Assembly: GCA_045638085.1 (NCBI GenBank)
Contig: JAZUAQ010000049.1
Location: 1 to 47,628 of the forward strand
From: Oscillospiraceae bacterium
GTDB lineage: Bacteria; Bacillota; Clostridia; Oscillospirales; Oscillospiraceae
Length of the DNA stretch: 47,628 nucleotides
Direction: 5' to 3'
Both the position numbers and the translations under genes were made by a program. This document shows, piece after piece, positions 17,174 through 26,740 of this stretch (position 1 is its first letter; each line of letters starts with the position of its first letter). The notes under the pieces are model-generated. The model was not told where the DNA came from and did no database searches. It saw only the letters and a list, made by a program, of their open reading frames with translations.

Positions 17174-17755
17174 TTATCGTTTGGTGATGACCTTATCGAT
17201 AAGGCCGTATTCAAGAGCCTGCTCAGCGGTCATAAAGTTATCTCGCTCGCAGTCGGCAGTTACCTGCTCAATGCTCTTGCCGCAATTTTCCGCCATAATG
17301 CGGTTCATTCTTTCCTTAATGGATTCCAGTCTCTTCAGGTGGATTGCCATATCGGTAACCTGACCCTGAGTTCCTGCAGAAGGCTGATGAGTCATGATTT
17401 CCGCATTGGGAAGAGCAATGCGCTTACCCTTTGCGCCTGCACTCAGAAGGAAAGCACCCATAGATGCCGCCATACCTACGCAGATGGTGGAAACATCGCA
17501 CTTGATGTACTGCATGGTGTCATAAATAGCCATACCGTCGGTTACGCTGCCGCCGGGGCTATTGATGTAAAACTGGATATCCTTGTCGGGGTCCTGAGCT
17601 TCAAGGAAAAGAAGCTGGGCCACGATAAGGCTTGCGGTGGTGGGGTTGACCTCCTCAGACAGCATAATAATGCGGTCATTGAGAAGTCTGGAAAAGATGT
17701 CATAAGAGCGCTCCCCGCGGGAAGTCTGCTCAACAACATAGGGAATAAAGCTCAT
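17174..17755 (-). CDS. clpP: ATP-dependent Clp protease proteolytic subunit ClpP
   Basis: 193 aa. Motifs [19 protein letters not shown] (catalytic Ser) and IMTHQP (catalytic His). Confidence 0.97.
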   Translation of the reverse strand: MSFIPYVVEQTSRGERSYDIFSRLLNDRIIMLSEEVNPTTASLIVAQLLFLEAQDPDKDIQFYINSPGGSVTDGMAIYDTMQYIKCDVSTICVGMAASMGAFLLSAGAKGKRIALPNAEIMTHQPSAGTQGQVTDMAIHLKRLESIKERMNRIMAENCGKSIEQVTADCERDNFMTAEQALEYGLIDKVITKR

Positions 17756-17833
17756 AACAGTAACTCTCCTTTCAAAAATTATCAGCTTATGCTTTCAGCC
17801 TATCCAAGAGAGCATATCCTTTTCTTCTCTTTG

Positions 17834-19132
17834 TTATTCAGCGTCCTCAGCCTTAACATCGGTAGCGACAGCAGCTTCAGCAACAACATCAGCAGCCTTT
17901 CTCATCTTGAGGTCGCGAGCGATGATCTCGGTGGAGATAGCCTTCTTCAGCTCTTCAACATCCATGCTGTAAGCTTCTGCAGCGGTGGTGTATTCCTTCT
18001 CGATGTCCTCTTCGGAAACAACGATGCCCTCAGCCTCGGCACATGCCTCGAGGAAGATCTGAGTGCGAACTTCGTTTGCTGCGGAGGGACGCATCATGGC
18101 GCGGAAGGTGTTCTCATCCATGCCCATCATGCCAAGGTACTGGCTGAACTCAAAGCCCTGCATTGCGCAGTTGCGGGCATAGTCCTCGCATACTCTGTCA
18201 ACCTGCTCGTCGACCATAGCATCGGGAACTTCAACTTCCATGTTGTCAACAGCCTTCTGGAGAGCAGCTGCCTTGAAATCCTTCTCAGCGCCTTCGCTCT
18301 TGCGGCTTTCGATTTCAGCCTTCAGAGAAGCCTTGTACTCTTCAAGAGTATCGAACTCGGAAACATCCTTTGCGAACTCATCGTCCAGCTCGGGGAGAAC
18401 GTTTTCCTTAACCTCGTTGCACTTTACGTGGAAGACAACAGCTGCGCCTGCAAGCTCAGCGGTGTAGTCCTCGGGGAAGGTGATGTCGATATCCTTCTCC
18501 TCGCCGGCCTTCATGCCAACAACCTGCTCCTCAAAGCCGGGAACAAAGCTGCCGCTGCCGAGGGTGAGGTCAAAGCCTTCGCCCTTGCCGCCTTCAAAAG
18601 CAACGCCATCCTTGAAGCCTTCGAAGTCGATGTTGGCGGTGTCGCCTTCAGCTGCTTCGCGCTCAACGGTAACGATGCGTGCGCCCTTCTTCTGCTCCTT
18701 TGCCAGCTCAGCAGCGATCTCTTCCTCAGAGACCTCTACGGGAGCCTTGTAAGCCTCAATGCCCTTGTACTCGCCGAGCTTAACTTCGGGGTAGAGAGCG
18801 ATTTCGAAATCGATGGTGAGGGTCTTGGTCTCGTCAACATTGAAGTTTACGATTGCGGGGTGACCAACGGTGCGTGCATCGGACTCGGCAATGCCAGCCT
18901 CGAAAGCAGCGGGAGCCAGTTCTTCGATAGCATCCTCATAGAAAACATCGGCGCCGTACATGCCTTCAACGACCATACGGGGTGCCTTGCCCTTGCGGAA
19001 GCCGGGAACATGAATGCTCTTCTTTGCCTTCAGGTATGCGCCGTTGACAGCCTTCTCAAATGCTGCTGCGTCGATTTCTACCTGGAAACCAAGCTTGCCG
19101 TTTTCTTTCTTTTCAAGGTTTTTAACAACCAT
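17834..19132 (-). CDS. tig: trigger factor
   Basis: 432 aa. Ribosome-binding signature PGFRKGKAP near the N-terminus, a central FKBP-like region, and an acidic C-terminus. Confidence 0.95.
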   Translation of the reverse strand: MVVKNLEKKENGKLGFQVEIDAAAFEKAVNGAYLKAKKSIHVPGFRKGKAPRMVVEGMYGADVFYEDAIEELAPAAFEAGIAESDARTVGHPAIVNFNVDETKTLTIDFEIALYPEVKLGEYKGIEAYKAPVEVSEEEIAAELAKEQKKGARIVTVEREAAEGDTANIDFEGFKDGVAFEGGKGEGFDLTLGSGSFVPGFEEQVVGMKAGEEKDIDITFPEDYTAELAGAAVVFHVKCNEVKENVLPELDDEFAKDVSEFDTLEEYKASLKAEIESRKSEGAEKDFKAAALQKAVDNMEVEVPDAMVDEQVDRVCEDYARNCAMQGFEFSQYLGMMGMDENTFRAMMRPSAANEVRTQIFLEACAEAEGIVVSEEDIEKEYTTAAEAYSMDVEELKKAISTEIIARDLKMRKAADVVAEAAVATDVKAEDAE

Positions 19133-19204
19133 GGGGATTTCCTCCTATACATTTATCAGAAAGTTTTTAATTTTTTACTATTTCTTTCCATAAGATAGCA
19201 ATTT

Positions 19205-19233
19205 AGTATAACAGATTGCACAGAAAAAAGCAA
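19205..19233 (-). promoter_or_regulatory. promoter for tig
   Basis: On the minus strand: TTGCTT (19233-19228), 17-nt spacer, TATACT (19210-19205). Confidence 0.45.
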
Positions 19234-19240
19234 TCAATTT

Positions 19241-19927
19241 TTACACTATTTTCAAAGGAATAAACTGAAGATGGTCGGATGAGATGAGGCGCAATCTCAC
19301 TCCGTGGCTCTCGCCTTCAAAGGCGGCAGCTCTGCCCGCACTGTGGAGATGTCCGTAGTAGCATTTCTTCACCCCGTAGCGCTCCATAAGTTCAAGCATG
19401 GGGGTGCATTCGTAGCCATACATCTTGGGCGGATAATGGAGGAAGACGATTTTCTCCTTCTCCCCTGCCGCTTTAAGGCTGGCTTCAAGACGAAGAAGCT
19501 CTCTGTCCGTCATCTTCTTATCGTGCTCACGGCTCACGTTGCCTTCAGCTGCCCAACCGCGTGTGCCGCATATGGCGATGTCCTCATAGAAGAAGCAGTT
19601 ATTATTGAGGATTTCAATTGAGTCGATGCCCTTTTCCTCAAAAAACTTCATAGCCTTGCTGGCAGTTGACCACCAATAATCGTGGTTACCCTTGAGGATG
19701 ATTTTTCTGCCGGGAATGGAGTGGATAAATCTAAAATCCTCCTCCGCCTCCTGCAGAGTCATTCCCCATGTGAGGTCGCCGCAGATAACGGTGGTGTCTC
19801 CCTCTTTGATAAGGGAAAGTCCTTCCTTGAGCTTGTGTATATAATTTTCCCATCTGCCTCCGAAAACGTCCATGGGCTTATCGCAGCCCAAAGAAAGATG
19901 GAGGTCGCCAATAACGAATAATGACAT
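19241..19927 (-). CDS. calcineurin-like metallophosphoesterase
   Basis: Motifs GDLHLS, GDLTW and GNHDYWW in canonical order. 228 aa. Confidence 0.85.
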   Translation of the reverse strand: MSLFVIGDLHLSLGCDKPMDVFGGRWENYIHKLKEGLSLIKEGDTTVICGDLTWGMTLQEAEEDFRFIHSIPGRKIILKGNHDYWWSTASKAMKFFEEKGIDSIEILNNNCFFYEDIAICGTRGWAAEGNVSREHDKKMTDRELLRLEASLKAAGEKEKIVFLHYPPKMYGYECTPMLELMERYGVKKCYYGHLHSAGRAAAFEGESHGVRLRLISSDHLQFIPLKIV

Positions 19928-20015
19928 ATATTACTCCGGGAATAATTGATTTATTTCGGTACAAAATATATTTCGCCGGGTATCACGGCAAAAATACTTC
20001 AGGGAGAGCGGAAGC

Positions 20016-20198
20016 ATGAAGGATAATCACAGCCATTGCGGTAAGCTCGGCGGCGTTGGCTGCAGCGTTTATAACTGCGTCTACAACGACGTTGAGTGCA
20101 AAGCCTGCACCGCTGACCACATCAAAGTGGAAACCAAGTCCGGTGACTGCAAGGCAGAAGCTGCTTGCGGCACCTACACCCCCAGAACCCAGTTCTGA
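20016..20198 (+). CDS. small Cys-rich DUF1540-family protein (60 aa)
   Basis: AGGGAGAG RBS. Two copies of the C-x-V-x-x-C...C pattern (CSVYNCVYN..., CKAC..., CKAEAAC) as I recall for DUF1540. Convergent with thrC and shares its terminator. Confidence 0.65.
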   Translation: MKDNHSHCGKLGGVGCSVYNCVYNDVECKACTADHIKVETKSGDCKAEAACGTYTPRTQF

Positions 20199-20207
20199 GG
20201 AGCCTGG

Positions 20208-20232
20208 GAGGACGGATTGTATATCCGTCCTC
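20208..20232. terminator. bidirectional hairpin between DUF1540 gene and thrC
   Basis: GAGGACGGAT (20208-20217) / ATCCGTCCTC (20223-20232), 10 bp, loop TGTAT. U-tracts are weak. Confidence 0.5.
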
Positions 20233-20239
20233 TTACATA

Positions 20240-21700
20240 TCATTTGAGAAATTCTCCCACAACTTCGATCATATTTTCCTTTTCAGCAAACTCATCAAAG
20301 CGGACGCTGCGCTTATCAAGTCCGGAAAGGGGTGCGGGGATATTGGTGCCGCTCTTTTCAGAGAGGGCGGAGAGAGCATCTTCCCCTGCTTCTGCTCCGA
20401 GAGCATCCAGAACATCAACCGCAAACTTATAGGGGCTTGCGGTGGACACTATAACGGCAGGAGTATTTTCCCGGCGCTGCTCGCAAAGAACTTTGTAGGC
20501 AACGGCGGTATGGGTATCCATAAGATATTCCTTTTCCTCGAAAAGCTGACGGATGGCAGTCTTCGTTGCCTCATCGTCGCAGCAGCCGCAGCCGAAATCG
20601 GCCTTGACTGCGGCGAGGACAGCCTCGTCCACTTTGTAGCAACCCTTTTCACTAAGCTCAGCCATGTATTCCCTTACCTTTTCACTGCCTGCAATGGCAT
20701 AGATAAGTCTTTCCAGATTGCTGGAAACAAGAATATCCATAGAGGGAGAGATGGTGGTGTGGAAGGGGCGGTTTTTATCGTAAACGCCTTTTTCAATGAA
20801 GTCGGTGAGAACGTTGTTCTCGTTGCTGGCGCAGATAAGTCTGCCCACAGGAAGTCCCATCTGCTTTGCATACCAGCCCGCAAGGATATTGCCGAAGTTA
20901 CCTGTAGGCACGCAGTAATCCAGCTTCTCGCCGAGAGCGAGCTTTCCGCTTTTCACGAAATCGCAGTAGGCAGAAAAATAGTAAACAATCTGAGGCAGAA
21001 GTCTTCCCCAGTTTATAGAGTTTGCGGAGGAGAGGAAGAATCCTCTTTCAGCAAGAGAGGCAGCGAAATCGCCGTTGCCGAATATCTTCTTGACGCCGGT
21101 CTGGGCATCATCAAAGTTGCCCACAACAGCGCAAACACCCACATTTTCGCCGCTCTGGGTAACCATCTGCAGGCGCTGGATATCGGAAACTCCGTCCTTG
21201 GGATAGAAGACGAAAATTTTGGTACCTTCAACATCCGCAAAGCCCTCAAGAGCTGCCTTACCGGTATCGCCGGAAGTGGCAACAAGTATGCAGACGGTTT
21301 TGTCCTCACCGGTTTTCTTCAAAGAGGCGGTGAGAAGATGGGGCAGCATCTGCAGCGCCATGTCCTTGAAGGCGCAGGTGGGGCCGTGCCAAAGCTCCAG
21401 AAAAGCGGTGGTGTCATCAACGAAGCTGAGAGGCGCAACAGCTTCGCAGTCGAAGTTATCCCCGTAGGCTGCGGCGGTGAATTTTTCAATTTCCTCAGCG
21501 CTGAAATCCTCAAGGAAAAGGCTCATTATGCTCTTCGCTCTTGCTCTGTAATCGGCATTTATAAGAGAATTTATCTCATCAAGAGTGACTTTGGGAAGAG
21601 TCTCGGGGACAAAAAGTCCTCCGTCGGCAGCGAGACCTTTGGCTATTGCCTGAGCGGCGGAAATTTTAAGGCTCTCATCTCTTGTGCTGTAATACTTCAT
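20240..21700 (-). CDS. thrC: threonine synthase (long form)
   Basis: 486 aa. MKYYSTRD N-terminus, GGLFVP, and PLP-lysine motif PTCAFKDMALQ. Confidence 0.95.
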   Translation of the reverse strand: MKYYSTRDESLKISAAQAIAKGLAADGGLFVPETLPKVTLDEINSLINADYRARAKSIMSLFLEDFSAEEIEKFTAAAYGDNFDCEAVAPLSFVDDTTAFLELWHGPTCAFKDMALQMLPHLLTASLKKTGEDKTVCILVATSGDTGKAALEGFADVEGTKIFVFYPKDGVSDIQRLQMVTQSGENVGVCAVVGNFDDAQTGVKKIFGNGDFAASLAERGFFLSSANSINWGRLLPQIVYYFSAYCDFVKSGKLALGEKLDYCVPTGNFGNILAGWYAKQMGLPVGRLICASNENNVLTDFIEKGVYDKNRPFHTTISPSMDILVSSNLERLIYAIAGSEKVREYMAELSEKGCYKVDEAVLAAVKADFGCGCCDDEATKTAIRQLFEEKEYLMDTHTAVAYKVLCEQRRENTPAVIVSTASPYKFAVDVLDALGAEAGEDALSALSEKSGTNIPAPLSGLDKRSVRFDEFAEKENMIEVVGEFLK

Positions 21701-21709
21701 ATCTTCACC

Positions 21710-22066
21710 TCAAAACGCGTTTTCTATGTGGTTGATCTGAATCTCTCCGGTCTTGCCGTCAGGGGCATAGACCTCGATCACATCAAATCTGGGCTGCTTT
21801 TCCGTGGGATTCTGGCTCAGCCAAAGCTGCGCCGCAGTCATAACTCTCTGCTGTTTTGCAGCAGTTACAAACTCTCTCGCCTGAGCGAATGCAGCATTTT
21901 TTCTCAGCTTGACCTCCACAAAGACCACGAAAAGCTTGTCTTCGGCAATAACATCTATCTCGCCGAAGCGGCAGGAATAATTCATTCCGATTATTTTATA
22001 TTTCTTATTTTTCAGATATTTTGCGGCCTGTTCCTCTCCGAAACGGCCGAGAAGCTTTTTATCCAT
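21710..22066 (-). CDS. yraN: YraN-family (UPF0102) endonuclease-like protein
   Basis: 118 aa. GEEQAAKYL, GEIDVIA and FVEVK motifs of the restriction-endonuclease-like fold. Sits in the conserved position after rnhB. Confidence 0.85.
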   Translation of the reverse strand: MDKKLLGRFGEEQAAKYLKNKKYKIIGMNYSCRFGEIDVIAEDKLFVVFVEVKLRKNAAFAQAREFVTAAKQQRVMTAAQLWLSQNPTEKQPRFDVIEVYAPDGKTGEIQINHIENAF

Positions 22067-22067
22067 A

Positions 22068-22676
22068 TCAGTGCATCTTCTTCAGAAAAGAGGGTCTGTG
22101 GATGGGGCTCATACCATGCTCGCGAATTGCGGCATAGTGAACCTTTGTGCCGTAGCCCTTGTGCTTATCAAAGGAATATTCGGGATATCTCTCCGCCATT
22201 TCAAGCATATAGCGGTCACGGGTTACCTTTGCGAGAATGCTTGCCGCTGCAATGCTGGCGCATTTTGCGTCACCGTGAACCACGGTGCGGCTTTCGCATT
22301 CGATGCCCGTGTTGCGGTTTCCGTCTATCAGCGCCAACGCGGGAGCTTTATCCAGCTTTGCAATGGCTCTGTTCATGGCAAGATAAGTTGCGCCAAGTAT
22401 GTTGAGCTCTTCAATTTCCTCAACGCTTGCAAAGGCTATTCCATAGCTTACGGCAGATTCGATTATCTTATCGAAAAGCTCATCGCGCTTTTTCTCACTG
22501 AGTTTTTTGGAATCGTTAAGTCCTTCTATTTCAAGACCTCTGGGCAATATGACAGCAGCTGCGCAGACGGGACCTGCAAGAGGTCCTCTTCCCGCCTCGT
22601 CAACTCCGCAGATGGGATAAATTCCGCTGTCGAGAAGCTGGCTTTCAAGTTCCCACAAATCAATTTTATCGGACAT
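22068..22676 (-). CDS. rnhB: ribonuclease HII
   Basis: GVDEAGRGPLAGPV catalytic motif and DSKKLS. 202 aa. Confidence 0.95.
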   Translation of the reverse strand: MSDKIDLWELESQLLDSGIYPICGVDEAGRGPLAGPVCAAAVILPRGLEIEGLNDSKKLSEKKRDELFDKIIESAVSYGIAFASVEEIEELNILGATYLAMNRAIAKLDKAPALALIDGNRNTGIECESRTVVHGDAKCASIAAASILAKVTRDRYMLEMAERYPEYSFDKHKGYGTKVHYAAIREHGMSPIHRPSFLKKMH

Positions 22677-22679
22677 ATT

Positions 22680-23558
22680 TTATACCTCCGGAGGTGCTTC
22701 AAGGCTGATGCGTCCCAGCTTTCCGTCGTGATACTCGCTGAGGAGTACATTGGCCATACGCTCAATATCGTATTCTCCCTTGCTTACAAGGAAGCCACGC
22801 TTCTTTGCGGCATCTTCCAAAAGCTCAAAACCGTTCTTATCGGGGTCGGGAGTGAACTTATAGCGCTGCTCGATAGCCTCGGGCTTCAGTGCGCGAAGGC
22901 GGAGCATAAAGTTGGCAGCGAGAGTCTCCTTATCGAGAACATCGGCTTTTATCGCATTGGTGAGGGCGAGGGCTTCGCCCACTTCCTGAGAATCGAACTT
23001 GGGCCAGAGAATACCGGGGGTATCGAGAAGATCCAGACCGTTGCCTATATTTATCCACTGTTTGCCGCGGGTCACACCGGGCTTATCACCGGCAATGGCA
23101 GCCTTGCGACCTGCAACCTTGTTGATGAAGGTGCTTTTACCCACATTGGGAATTCCCAGAATCATAATGCGGAGGGGTCTTGTGCCCTGTCCTTTTGCCT
23201 CGTAGGCAGCTATTTTTTCCTTGAGAACGCTGCGGACGGCAGAAGCGAAGTTATTCACACCCTTGCCGCTTTTTGCATCGGTCTCCAGAACATAAAAGCC
23301 ATTTTTCTGGAAGTAGGCCTTCCATTTGGCGGTTATGGCAGGGTCTGCAAGGTCTGTGCGGTTGAGGATAATAAGTCTGGGTTTATCCCCCGCCAGACGG
23401 TCTATATCGGGATTGCGGCTGGAAAAAGGAATTCTGGCATCCAGAAGTTCACAAACCGCATCCACCATTTTCATATTTTCTTCTATCATTCTCTGGGCCT
23501 TGGTCATATGACCGGGGAACCATTGAATGACCATCTTTTCGTATGCGTTATCGGGCAT
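22680..23558 (-). CDS. rbgA: ribosome-biogenesis GTPase A (YlqF/RbgA), circularly permuted GTPase
   Basis: WFPGHM near the N-terminus. Motif order is G4 (NRTDL), then G1 (GIPNVGKST), then G3 (DTPGIL). Confidence 0.93.
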   Translation of the reverse strand: MPDNAYEKMVIQWFPGHMTKAQRMIEENMKMVDAVCELLDARIPFSSRNPDIDRLAGDKPRLIILNRTDLADPAITAKWKAYFQKNGFYVLETDAKSGKGVNNFASAVRSVLKEKIAAYEAKGQGTRPLRIMILGIPNVGKSTFINKVAGRKAAIAGDKPGVTRGKQWINIGNGLDLLDTPGILWPKFDSQEVGEALALTNAIKADVLDKETLAANFMLRLRALKPEAIEQRYKFTPDPDKNGFELLEDAAKKRGFLVSKGEYDIERMANVLLSEYHDGKLGRISLEAPPEV

Positions 23559-23577
23559 AGCTTAAATCACCTTTTTT

Positions 23578-24171
23578 TCAGGATACAAATCCAAGTTTGT
23601 TGAGGGGGGCAATTCTGAAAATTACCTTGCCGAGGATGTTGCGGGTATCCACGCAGCCTATGCTTTCCGTGCGGCTGTCCGTGGAACCGTTGCGGTTATC
23701 GCCCATGACGAAAACGCAGCCTTCGGGCACGACTATCTCGTAATCAAAATCCTGGGGATCCAGATATTTATAATTGCCGTATTCCTTGGTATAGGGTTCA
23801 TCAAGAGCTTTTCCGTCAACCAAAACAACGCACTTCTTAAAGTCGATATCAACAGTCTGGCCTTCCGTAGCGATAATGCGCTTGACGATAGGCTCTTCTC
23901 TGAAGGAAGGCTGACGAAGGACAACGATGTCTCCGTTATCGGGGGTATAGAAAAGCTTGCTTATTATAAGGCGGTCGCCGTCATTAAGAGTGTTTTCCAT
24001 GCTTCCGCCCACAACACCAACGGTGCGTCCAACAAAGAGGAAAACAAAAATGCAGACAATGAGAGCAAAGACTATGCACTGAATCCAGTCAAAAAGCTCG
24101 CCCGCCTTCGTGGTCTCTTCTACAGGTGCAGCCTCTGCCTTCTTTTTATTTTTTATACGTTTAATATCCAT
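23578..24171 (-). CDS. lepB: signal peptidase I
   Basis: N-terminal TM segment. GGSMENTL (catalytic Ser box), VKRIIA (Lys box), GDNRNGSTDSR. Confidence 0.93.
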   Translation of the reverse strand: MDIKRIKNKKKAEAAPVEETTKAGELFDWIQCIVFALIVCIFVFLFVGRTVGVVGGSMENTLNDGDRLIISKLFYTPDNGDIVVLRQPSFREEPIVKRIIATEGQTVDIDFKKCVVLVDGKALDEPYTKEYGNYKYLDPQDFDYEIVVPEGCVFVMGDNRNGSTDSRTESIGCVDTRNILGKVIFRIAPLNKLGFVS

Positions 24172-24206
24172 AATTTGCCTCCGTTGAGGAAATATTTAAT
24201 CAGTGT

Positions 24207-24236
24207 ATTATATACCCTGAAGCACCATTCTTGCAA
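24207..24236 (-). promoter_or_regulatory. promoter for the lepB-rbgA-rnhB-yraN-thrC operon
   Basis: On the minus strand: TTGCAA (24236-24231), 18-nt spacer, TATAAT (24212-24207). Confidence 0.5.
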
Positions 24237-24307
24237 GGGGAAGTTTGAGGAGCGCGGGTTATTGAAAAGCTCCGCTGGGTCTCATAAACCTTGCGGAGCT
24301 TACTTTT

Positions 24308-25219
24308 TCAATCTATAATCGGATTTTCAATCGTGCCTTGGCTGAGTTCTCTGTTTATCCACACAGCATCTTCATCTTTTATTATATCACCCATCTGCAC
24401 TTCAAGGAACAGGTGCCAATGAGCCATATCATCTGTTACGACTTCCGGAGCAATTGATTTTACTGTTATATTCCATCCCAGTTGAACACCGTTTTCATCG
24501 CGGCGGGCACGAACATCCGTGACTTCGGGGCGAATTGAGCCGCTTCCTTCCTGAAGAACGATAAGCACAAGGTTTTGTCCATCAAAATACCTGTCATCGT
24601 ATTTGTCGCAGGCATCAAGAAAACCCATGGTTGAATCTGAATAAACCGTGTCTCTGCGCTCCAAATCAAAGAGAGTTTTATTGGCTTCATAGTATGCCAT
24701 CAGCTCTTCCTTTGAATCAATGACCGCGTGATAAGGATAATCCCCGTCTGCTGAACAGCCGTCTGTGCGGACATACTGCGCCTCAAACATATATGCTTCA
24801 GCATCCGAAGTTCCTGATTTTGGAACTGTAAAATATTCAATGCCATAATAATCAAGGCTGTCAATCGTAATAAGCCCCTCATTCAGGGCGCTTGCAACAT
24901 CTCTTGTTCTCCCTGTGTTATCCATCACCCAAACATACTCGCTTTTTGTGCAGTCAAAATAATATTCGTTAAGTTCATCTTCATAGAATATTTCTATTGC
25001 ATCTGCGCAATCACAATGTCCCTCCTCCGTTGTATCAACGATATCAACCACATGCAGGGTATATCCCGGAATTTCACTGCCTATCTCGATATTTTGAGAT
25101 ACAACAACATCATCCTCCGATGCCGTATCATCTGCGGCACCATACTGCCGATTATCCGCGCAGCTTGCCATACTGAGAACACAAAGCATTATCAAAACAG
25201 CTGCCAACATCTTTTTCAT
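24308..25219 (-). CDS. hypothetical lipoprotein (about 303 aa)
   Basis: MKKMLAAVLIMLCVLSMASC signal peptide with lipobox. ATG at 25219 lies 8 nt after GAGGGAG; the track's GTG at 25228 overlaps the RBS. No family recognised. Atypical codon style. Confidence 0.75.
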   Translation of the reverse strand: MKKMLAAVLIMLCVLSMASCADNRQYGAADDTASEDDVVVSQNIEIGSEIPGYTLHVVDIVDTTEEGHCDCADAIEIFYEDELNEYYFDCTKSEYVWVMDNTGRTRDVASALNEGLITIDSLDYYGIEYFTVPKSGTSDAEAYMFEAQYVRTDGCSADGDYPYHAVIDSKEELMAYYEANKTLFDLERRDTVYSDSTMGFLDACDKYDDRYFDGQNLVLIVLQEGSGSIRPEVTDVRARRDENGVQLGWNITVKSIAPEVVTDDMAHWHLFLEVQMGDIIKDEDAVWINRELSQGTIENPIID

Positions 25220-25367
25220 AGAAAACACTCCCTCGCAGATTAGTTCCGTTTGTTTTAAAGACGAAAAAAGATTGGAAAAGTTCCCAAATTTAAGATGCTT
25301 TTCAAACTTTTACTTGAATTGTGTCTTTATAAATTGTTATTATTACAGGCAAAGGACGGTGGAAAAA

Positions 25368-25928
25368 ATGGATGAGATAAAAATAAGAGCTGCCGACGTT
25401 TCTGACGCAGAAGCTCTTTTGAAAATATATTCCCACTATGTTGAAAATACAGCGGTTAGCTTTGAATATGAAACTCCCAGTCTTGAGGAGTTTTCTCACA
25501 GAATTATGTCAACCATAGAGAAATACCCCTATATCCTTGCCGAAAGGGATGGCGAGATTCTCGGTTATGCCTATGCAGGGACTTTCAAGCCTAGAAAGGC
25601 ATATGACCGCTGCGTTGAGGTGAGTATATATCTCGCTTTGGACGAGCGCGGAAGAGGAATTGGCAGGAAGCTCTATGAGGAGCTTGAAAGGCTCCTTGCC
25701 GAGATGGGAATTTTGAATCTTTATGCCTGCATAGCCGTTACCGATACGGAGGACGAATACCTCACAAATCAAAGTGCACAGTTTCATGCTCACATAGGTT
25801 ATCGGGAGATCGGAAGATTTCGCAAATGCGGCTATAAATTCTCCCGCTGGTACGACATGATCTGGATGGAGAAAATAATTGGCGAGCACGGAGTCACTCC
25901 GCTAAAAGTGAAATTTCGGGATAAATAA
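25368..25928 (+). CDS. GNAT N-acetyltransferase of the phosphinothricin / methionine-sulfoximine acetyltransferase (PAT) type
   Basis: MDEIKIRAA...YVENTAVSFEYETPSLEEF...YPYILAE...GYAYAG.F..R.AY...VEVSIYL...RGRGIGRKL...KFSRWYDM is collinear with PAT-family proteins as I recall them. The upstream TTG extension from 25272 has no RBS. Confidence 0.8.
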   Translation: MDEIKIRAADVSDAEALLKIYSHYVENTAVSFEYETPSLEEFSHRIMSTIEKYPYILAERDGEILGYAYAGTFKPRKAYDRCVEVSIYLALDERGRGIGRKLYEELERLLAEMGILNLYACIAVTDTEDEYLTNQSAQFHAHIGYREIGRFRKCGYKFSRWYDMIWMEKIIGEHGVTPLKVKFRDK

Positions 25929-26024
25929 ATACACAGAATTTTCAGGTTCCGGGAAACAAATTCCATATTTTTGCGTCAAATATTACGAAACCGCAAAACT
26001 TCATATTTCACAAGGAGGGCAAAA

Positions 26025-26669
26025 ATGAAAAAACTGTTTATTACCATGACAACACTTTTTTGCATGCTTCTTTTGGTTTCCTGCGGTAATGATGGTAACG
26101 CCGATATGCCTGTGTTTGTAGAGGTTGAATGTGCTTTGGAACCGGCGGCACCCAGCTACAGCAGCCTTGAAGAATTTATTGAAGCAGTCAAGACCACAGA
26201 CGAAAGCGACTATGCCTTTTCAAGAGCAAAATTTGAAAAGCTGGACGAACTTATCGTTCCCGCTTCCATGCCCGAAGTCTATAAACTCTACTTTATACAA
26301 GCTGACCGGGACTACATAGCCCTGTGGTACCTCCCGGAGGACTGTCTGTCCGATATAGCTGTATCCGAAATGCGCAATCAGCATTTTTATTTTCAGTATC
26401 ACAGAAGCGGCAATCTGAACAAATTCATAAAGGAGTCCGGCGGCAAAAAATCGGATATGATCGACGACAGGTATTTTATAAAAAATACCGATTATGAACG
26501 CAGCATATACTGGGAGGAAAACGGCAGCCTTCTAAGCCTGTCCCTGCCCGGGAACATGTTCATCGAGGACGGGAATGTTATCTCCACCTTCAACAGCGTG
26601 GAGACCGTGGTGGCCAGCCTTGAGGAGATTTGCAGCGTTGAGTTCATACCGATCGTGCGGGGAAAATGA
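26025..26669 (+). CDS. hypothetical lipoprotein (214 aa)
   Basis: MKKLFITMTTLFCMLLLVSCG with lipobox LVSC. AAGGAGGG RBS 5 nt upstream of the ATG at 26025. No family recognised. Confidence 0.75.
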   Translation: MKKLFITMTTLFCMLLLVSCGNDGNADMPVFVEVECALEPAAPSYSSLEEFIEAVKTTDESDYAFSRAKFEKLDELIVPASMPEVYKLYFIQADRDYIALWYLPEDCLSDIAVSEMRNQHFYFQYHRSGNLNKFIKESGGKKSDMIDDRYFIKNTDYERSIYWEENGSLLSLSLPGNMFIEDGNVISTFNSVETVVASLEEICSVEFIPIVRGK

Positions 26670-26740
26670 GTTGCAATCCCTCCGCCTCCTGCGGAGGCAC
26701 CTCCCTTTGCACAAGGGAGGCTTTAAAATGTGAATAAAAT

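Noticed and set aside
15762-19240. CtsR operators (GGTCAAA direct repeats) or CIRCE elements upstream of clpP, clpX, lon or tig
   Set aside because: I read the four intergenic regions on both strands and found no GGTCAAA repeat and no TTAGCACTC-N9-GAGTGCTAA-like palindrome.
19983-20243. 86-aa minus-strand ORF
   Set aside because: It is antisense to the DUF1540 gene, which has a good RBS and a family-typical cysteine pattern. Its product is low-complexity and it has no RBS.
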